Shown: one piece after another, positions 54,824 to 64,000 of the stretch
Numbering within the stretch: position 1 is the stretch's first letter
Layout of the letters: every line of letters starts with the position of its first letter
Origin: Eledone cirrhosa
Taxonomy: Eukaryota
Length of the DNA stretch: 64,000 nt
Direction of reading: 5' to 3'
Assembly: GCA_964016885.1 (NCBI GenBank)
Contig: OZ024743.1
Location: forward strand, 148,180,001 to 148,244,000
The notes under the pieces: model-generated
What the model was told of the DNA's origin: nothing
Database searches by the model: none
The model's input: only the letters and a program-made list of their open reading frames with translations
Program-made: the position numbers and the translations under genes

Positions 54824-55002
54824 AAGACGAACTTTACATGATACTTAAATGAAAACAATGAAAATGGATGTCTTCAAGACATAGGTTTAGTCCACAGGAC
54901 TAAAGTTAGGTTGTGTGTGTGTGTGTGTGTGTGGACTAAACCTATGTCTTGAAGACATCCATTTTTATTGTTTTCATTTAAGTATCATCTAAAGTTCGTC
55001 TT
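54824..55002. repeat. 73-bp inverted repeat
   Basis: 54824-54896 mirrors 54930-55002. Confidence 0.85.
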
Positions 55003-55199
55003 GAGTAACATTGCTTAAAGCCACAAGGAAAGTTAATAAGACATTAAAGGCTAATGCACATGCCTGATACCTAATATTATGACTGAAAATGTACATTGTG
55101 TGTTGTTTTTTTTTGTATGTGTGTCAAACTTGAATTGTTCTTATGTCATGTTCATTTACCATTTGATAAATGGGTGGTGGATAATTTTGGTAAATAATA

Positions 55200-55440
55200 T
55201 TCATTATGTAATTTTGTGTTCGTGTGCAAATGAATAAATTGTTGCTGCTTCCAACTGGTGAGCAACCAACATAGAGTTGACCGTGAGATCAAGTCCAACT
55301 ACCTTGAGGGATTGACCCTGAGATTTGTTAATTGAAATAACAAAATTTAATTTGACTGGAAACCGAAGCCTCTTCAATTCAAAAGGAACATCTATAGGTA
55401 TGAAAGCGACTTTTGGAATAAAGACATTTCTTTCACTATT
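55200..55440 (-). mobile_element. Helitron RepHel PIF1-like helicase C-terminal fragment
   Basis: Minus strand VFIPKVAFIPIDVPFELKRLRFPVKLNFVISINKSQGQSLKVVGLDL/HGQLYVGCSPVGS. Confidence 0.85.
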
Positions 55441-57910
55441 GTAAACAAATAAATATCAACATCTGAAAATATATATATATTAATCTCTATTTTTGTATGC
55501 AGTGTAAATTAACTCACACACATATACTTGTCAGTCAATACATATGTATATGTATGTGTAGATGTGTGTGTGTGTTTAATTCTCTATGTATTTAATTAAA
55601 TATTTACTTAGGAAAATGTGTATATGTAACTTAGTAAGGCGAAACGTATGTTACGAATGCGCAAACACTCATAAACAAAATGTGACGTCGTCGTCGTCGT
55701 GTTATAAAATATCAATTTACTTAGTCGTCTATAGTAGGGTATATTAGATAAAATGTTATATTACTTTAATCCAAATGAAAATAAAAACTGTTTCTCCCAG
55801 GGTTTCCCAGGGTCTCTTGTAAAATTTGATTTGATTTGGTCCACCGTTTGAGGATGCATAAGAAGACAGCCAGAGAGACAAACAAGTTTAGATATACAGA
55901 GATAGCCTCATGTTGTGCTTTCATTATATGACACTGTTTAAAAGTCATCATGAAGATTTTTACATCTACACTTCCATACTGGTATGAGATATGTGGGACT
56001 ATTTGAGGCAGTGTTTTATGGGCGCATGTGTTTTTAGTCACCTTTAAAGACGCAAAGAGTACAATGTACCCATTCTAAAATCCCGTTTTATAGATTAGCC
56101 TATGTAGAAAATGAATTAAAATGAAAAATTAACTTAATAAATTAAGAAAACAATATAACTTAAATGAATAATTGATCAGTAAGATCCATCAATTTAAGGT
56201 GATAAATTACAATTTATAGAACTTCCATATTGGGGTCATTGACTTCAGTGGTGGATGGTGGGATCAATGTTGTATTATTGCAGTTGTTACTGAACATGTT
56301 TACAGTTTCTAGCTACTGATGCTGCTGCCATTGTTGCTGTTGTTTTTGTTGTTATTGTTGCTTCTGTTAAGTTATTTTTGTAGTTGATACATTTGTTTTG
56401 GTACAAGGAGACGAAATAGTAGATGTTCTTGTAATTATTGGGATTTCTATTAGTGTTTACATCCCATACATATCCTCTGAACATTCATTTAGATAAGACC
56501 ATGTTGGCTGTTGACAGTATTACTGTTACTGCTATTTTTCCGCATCCTGCTTTTGTAGAACATTGCAGTTATATTGCTTGTTACTCATGTCAACCTGATG
56601 TTAATATAAGTGGGCATGTGAGTGGGGTGATAATGCTTCAGTGGTTGACATTGCTTATAGTGGTGCTGTAGGTTTCCACATAGAATTCCATTAAATAAAT
56701 TATGACCGTCTAAACTTTAAATTAGAACTTACAGAATAATACGCCGAAGCAAAATGAAAAGAATTTCCTTATAAATCCTTTATGAACAATTTTCTTATAT
56801 TTCCTCCACCAATCTTTCACCACTCTTAAATTCCCCTTTAGTGAATTCTTTCTATCAATTTTGTTTCTATTCTATTATTCAGTAATTTAAAAAAAACTTT
56901 CCATCATAAAGCTATACTTTAATCATTAAATATATGCACTTATATACAAGTATGTACATATATATGTGCATATATAAAATAAGTTGCAACAAAAGAATTT
57001 AGCCGGCTTGCATGATTTTCTATGGGGCTATGACAAGGACGATTCTTATAACTCTAGATGGAGCCAAGCATATATACAATCAACAAAAGTGTTACAGTCC
57101 ACTGAATTACATCTCATACCACATACTATACGACTAAGCTCTTCATAAAACTTTGCAACATCAATAACTCTCGCATTAGTAGTTATATAAATATCATGAG
57201 GTATTCTTTTGTAGGCTTTGGTAACTTAAGTTTTCTGAGCTTTTCAAGAATTTTGTATCAAACATCAATAAATTTAGTACTAGAAACATTGCATGTCCAA
57301 ATGAAAATGTGGTCAATCTCTGACCCAACAGATAATGTTTTTCTGATGAAAAGTTGTAGTTTTTTAGATACGTATATCTTACAGCCACATTCCATATCGC
57401 CGTTATATAAGTATCACGAAGTGCTACTAAACAGACTAATTAATTAACAAATAGTTTGTTAATTTCCCAATTTCAAATACACTACTGTTCTCATGTAGGC
57501 TGTGAAATGGTAGAATTATTACAGCAGCAGACAAAATATTTTGCAGTATTTAGTCGCTTACATTCTAAGATACTTCCACATAAAGGGAGCTATTTATTCG
57601 ACTGTATTACAGGCCTTCTCTAGCAACAGACTATGTCTGAGAATCCGGATTATATTTTTGACCTAATGGTAAACAAAAAGCAAAAATATAATAATTTACG
57701 TACTTTTTCCTAAAGCAATAGCGAAAGGGTTGTTAAGTTCTAAAACGAATTTCAAAGTTTGTTGCAAATGGTTCATTTTGTTTCCTCTCGGCTATATCAT
57801 CGTTAGTTTCCAAATATTTCATTTAGTTAATTATATTAGAGTAAACATCTGAGTTTTGAGTTTAAATATTAAACACCTCTTTACCATTTTAGATTACTGA
57901 CTAGATAAAA

Positions 57911-58060
57911 TAATTGTTTCTATTTTTGGCACAAGACCAGCAATTACCCAGTGCATTACTGGTACTTTATTTTATCGATCCCGTAAGGATGAAAGGCAAA
58001 GTTAACCTCGGCGGGATTTGAACACAGAATGGCAAGGGCCGTAACTCTATACGTCAGAGC
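57911..58060 (-). mobile_element. 5'-truncated SINE
   Basis: Reverse complement of the SINE family. Confidence 0.85.
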
Positions 58061-58563
58061 AATCAGTTAATCGTTCTTTCTGTTCAATTATTTCGTTAGG
58101 ACATTGGCCATAGCAGAAACTCATTTTTAGATAGTTTCAGAGCATTTACGGTGTATAAATGCCTCAGTTAAATGAATTGAGATTTATAATGTGAGGTCCA
58201 CATGTATCGAGTTTTCACACAAGTATGTATATATGTATACGTCTACTTATGTATTCGTATATTTATTAGGTATGTGTACGAGTATTGAAGTCATTGCACG
58301 TATGGAGTTGTATGTTTTGACTTATGTATTTGTACATAGATATTTGATTGTTTGTTGTCCATGTGTAAATGCGCTTATTACATACAAAACCTAAGGAATG
58401 CTTTACATATTTGACACTGCCAAACTTTTTTTAAGGATGTAGTTTCCTAATTAACCATGTATTTTCTGTTGTTGGGAAGCCCAGCTTCTCAAGACTGATG
58501 CAGAATCCAAGTGCTCTAATAATTACAGGTATTTCAATATACCCCAATATTTGGATATATGTA

Positions 58564-58660
<97 letters not shown>

Positions 58661-59174
58661 GTGTGTGTGTGCATACATGAACTATGCGTATGTATGTATT
58701 TATGTGTGTATGTAACTATGTATTCATTTGTGTGTTTATGTACATGTATGTATACATGTATCTATGCATGCATGATTTGTATATACTCATACATGTATGT
58801 ATGTTGGTATATATTACAATAATAATTTGCCATATCTGAGCAACCACAACAGGAAGAAAAATAATAATAATATGAAGAATTTTAGATGCGATAATAATAT
58901 AACTGTGAGCACAACAACAGAATACGCAATAAAAGGAGCAAAGGACATGAAAATAAGAGGCAACAACTGAGACAATAGAATCCACAACAGCAGTAATAAC
59001 AACAACAGCCATAGCAACATCAGCAGTAGCAGCCAAGAGCAAAAACACGCAGAACTGAAACATCAAAGAACAATACCAACAACGACATGCAGGGAAAAAA
59101 ACAACAGAATTGACAACAACAAAAAACACAATTGCAATAAAAACAACATTGTGTACAACAAAAGCACCAATGAA

Positions 59175-59875
<701 letters not shown>

Positions 59876-60071
59876 GTCGATGACAATTCATTCAACGAGG
59901 CAAACATATTTACACTTACAAAAGTTACAAAAAACAACAAAACCAACAGTAATTGTCTCACTGTCACCAAGAAGATGATGACCCTCATAATTGTGATCAG
60001 CATCATCTGCATCACACCTCCTTGAATATCATCATCAACGGCAGTATCACCAACAACTTCATCGCTCTAAT

Positions 60072-60250
60072 TTGGCAGTATCGGTAGAGTGTCGGACACC
60101 ATGCTTTGAAGTATAGAGTTACGTACCTTTATGATCTGAGTTCAAATCTCGCCGACGTTAACTTTGCCTTTCATCCTTACAGGGTCGATAAAATAAAGTA
60201 CCAGTAATGTACTGGGTAATTGCTGGCCTTGTGCTAAAGTAGAAATAATT
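60072..60250 (+). mobile_element. tRNA-derived Meta-domain-like SINE
   Basis: Same family as 866-1056. Confidence 0.85.
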
Positions 60251-61275
60251 ATATTCAAGCCAATCATTAGCATCATTGAGAGAACCAACACTAATTATTC
60301 TAAGGAAAGCGCATTTTGATTTTATATTTACGAAATATACAATGTCTACTTCTTTGTCACTCTCCTCCTGTCTCTCTCTCTTTCACACACACATACATAG
60401 ACAGACATACACACGGTGTTTTCCACTAAAACATGTATAAATTCGTATCATATTTTAGTCCAATGTGTCATGATTATGCTACTAAACAAAGGGATTTAAA
60501 TCTAAATCTAAATATATCATCATAACCATCAACATATAATTTCCGATTTTCCAGCTTGTAAGGGCTGGACAGGTCGACACAGAAAAAATCATTACTTTAT
60601 CGGGGTTACTGATCTTTCGTGCTGGACGCGTGTTCATATCTGGTTTGCATACGTTCCGGCACTCCGCAGAGAAGGTGCACCGGGTTCATTATATCGTGGA
60701 TCAAACACTATGGAAGACACCATATCTTTGATACGACTGAAGTGTCCTTCCGACCATTTATTTAGCAGATTTCTACGACCGAATGCTTTTCGAGGCACAA
60801 TAATCACTTTACAGAATGTACAGGGAGAACTCATAGCGTCACCAGCACTCGAGAATTAGTCGTCCACATGCTAAAACGTAAGTTCCCCACTAAATATTTT
60901 GGGGATGGTTGCTATACCTTGGTACCATTCCTATCACCCACAATCTTATATGGTCTAGTGGCGCATTCTTGAGGGTTGCATCTCTAGAGAGGTTTTTGTG
61001 TCATGACAGGATCGTTTTTTACGGTTAAAAGACCTTTCTAACATACACCACTTCACAAAACACAATGGTTGCAACATCACTAAATATGCTGTTAATGATA
61101 GACATGGCTGAAGGACCCTCTCTACCTTATGTAGGGGTTAGAGGAAGGTACTAGGATTGGGAGGGTAAGAAGACTAATAAATGCATCATAGTTAAGTAAC
61201 AACATTCATATATATATATATATATATAAGAGAGTACTGAAGTTTGCTTGAAGCATTGTGGAATAATAAGGTAAA

Positions 61276-61569
61276 TTTCTTTAAGTCGTTTGGAAACCTC
61301 GACAATGCAGATGGATAAATCTCCGGGTAACAAAATCCGGTGATGGAGAGAGAGATGTAAGTGGGTGTACGTTGAGATACGTGGCGTGTAGAAGACTGCA
61401 GCATGTATTTTTATCCTTTACGCTCTTTCTTACATTCTTCTACACGCTACAGTCTTCTACACGCCACGCATCTCAACGTACACCCACTTACATCTCTCTC
61501 TCCACCACCGGATCTTGTTACCCGGAGATTTACCCATCTGTATTGTCGAGGCTTCCAAACGACTTAAAG

Positions 61570-61572
<3 letters not shown>
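61276..61572. repeat. 132-bp inverted repeat between (TA)n tracts
   Basis: 61276-61407 mirrors 61441-61572. Confidence 0.85.
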
Positions 61573-61634
<62 letters not shown>

Positions 61635-62020
61635 TATGTATATAACCAAATAAAAACATATATGTATATATATAGAGAGAGTAAGAGCCATACATCGTAC
61701 AAGAAACTCATATTCTATAGAAGAATATGTACACATGTGAAATCTTAAGTGAAACCTTATAGTGCTATTTCAAACTTGGGAAGTGTGACTAAAAATCTAT
61801 CTATGTAATCGATCATCGAAAAAATATCAATCAATATAATCGATCATCGAAATAAACTATTGATTATGAATAAACCACATGAGACTCAGGTACTCATCGG
61901 AGGTTTAGTCTCACCATTCTAAAGGAAATATAGAATGAAGATAGCAAATAAATCAATTTAGGTTGCTTATTGAGAAACACACCATTCTAAACATATTTAA
62001 TGTTTTGATTCATTATTTAT

Positions 62021-62145
<125 letters not shown>

Positions 62146-62258
62146 TGTGTGTGTGTGTTCAATACGAAATAAAGCTAATAACCCCAAAACTCATTATAGA
62201 ATTTATTTTTCTACCGTCTTTTCTTGTTTTGGAATTCGAAACATAAGACATTACATTT

Positions 62259-62327
<69 letters not shown>

Positions 62328-63239
62328 GCGTGTGTGAGTGTGTGTGTGTGTGTGTGCATGTATCTGTGTATGTGTGTGAGTGTGTGTAGATTCTTAATTT
62401 CTTAATTTCAAACGTGTGCACCGGCATTACGTATAAAATCAAAGATTTTTGGAAATTTGTAAATGCATTTTTCAAGTGTATTTTGTTTATGCCCTGAAGT
62501 ATATTATTTTTCAGGGTTCTCAAATGATGAATATAACAAGTAATGACTGCAAACTCAAGAAGCGGTACATTTTACATGTCTCCATGAAAGACAGTTAAAT
62601 TAAGTAAAAGATCAGAAGCGATTATCATAAATGTTTTGGTTGAAGATGATAAATAACTTGCATCGGCATTCAGTTAGTTCGAAGTTTATTAACATTATCA
62701 GATTTAGAATTAAAGTTATAATTTCTTTTACTTTAAATTTCACGAGAGATGATACCATCAAATTAAACGTTAAACTGAATAAACTAATTTTAGGAATAAA
62801 TTTACAAATAAGAGACCAAATTCCCTGACATGGAAGGAAGCTTCATCTCAGTAACATGTATTACAGTATAAATAAAGAAAAGCAACAAACCAACCTATCC
62901 AACATATCCAAAAATTAATACAGCAGCACACAAGATTATTCAACAATATGATCAAACAATGCACACCGGAGAGATATAGTATACAGTGATCCGAAGTATT
63001 TCTAGAGATCTTCGAAGAATCCAAAGTAGGCTGGATTTCCACTTTCAAAATATATCAGTTTACTAAATTCCGCGGAGCAGAAACAACTGAAAACGTATCA
63101 AATAATTGTTTCTGCTTTTGGCAAGGTTAAACAGAACCAGTAGCAAAATGATGTAAATATAAGACATTAAGCAGCAATTTAAGCAATATATGAAAAAACC
63201 GTTTAGTGTGTGCATTCTCCCCCCCCCCATATATATATA

Positions 63240-63362
<123 letters not shown>

Positions 63363-63408
63363 ATATAAATATGTATATATATATACACACACACACATAT
63401 ATATATAT

Positions 63409-63626
63409 ATATTGTTATACTTGGGGAGGATCATATTTGTGTAATATTGCCAGAATTAATAACAGAACACACTCACTGTTTGCACTGTTTGGTTGGTTTT
63501 CGCTTTTAGCTTCTGCGTCTTTTATATCGGTAATCTAATTTATTCGGTCCTCAATGTTGCCATTGACTGACCAACGGTCAAAAATAATACAGATACAATA
63601 TAGACCCTCCCCAAGTATAACAATAT
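63409..63626. repeat. Dispersed repeat with 21-bp inverted termini; second copy at ~29855-29990
   Basis: atattgttatacttggggagg / cctccccaagtataacaatat. Confidence 0.65.
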
Positions 63627-63680
63627 TTGTTTCGACACACGATTTCATATAAAAAACCTCGCAAAACTAATTCATCGCCG

Positions 63681-63770
<90 letters not shown>

Positions 63771-64000
63771 TTTATGGTTATGTATGTAATAAAACCTTTT
63801 ATGGTAATATATTTTTTTATACAAACCCTAAATAGTGAAAGATAGTCATTAATTACTATCTTATTACCAGTAAGATAAATAGCTCAATGTAATAACATCG
63901 GTTGTTTTACAGAGCAGTTATATAGAGATTACAATAATCAAAGTTCAGTTTAAATCATTTATTTGCTTACAATTGTTTCCTCCAAACCGAGGTTTGAATT

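Overview
AT-rich, microsatellite-saturated eukaryotic DNA. The SINE/LINE inventory resembles octopus or other cephalopod genomes (inference). No intact host gene is evident, and almost all listed ORFs are (TA)n/(CA)n/(GA)n artefacts. Coding relics that are supportable: two Tx1/L1-type LINEs (one near full length, 43310-49192), two R4/Dong-type fragments, CR1 and RTE fragments, three different Penelope-like elements (RT and/or GIY-YIG) and a Helitron helicase fragment. There are also about 10 copies of a tRNA-derived Meta-domain-like SINE. The main hidden signal is RNA: roughly 25 hammerhead-ribozyme (HHR) motifs, found by eye. They include two related non-coding tandem arrays (unit ~471 nt at 11513-13289; ~441 nt at 16478-17860). 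Each unit carries a type I HHR with a palindromic ACUAGU stem III and an octamer ATGCAAAT 80-100 nt upstream, and each array begins with an inverted copy. These look like retrozyme/satellite-2-like self-cleaving, possibly circularising RNAs mobilised by Penelope machinery. A third ~320-nt family and non-canonical HHR core variants (U3-A8, A4) are also present. All structures were paired by hand, and element boundaries are approximate.
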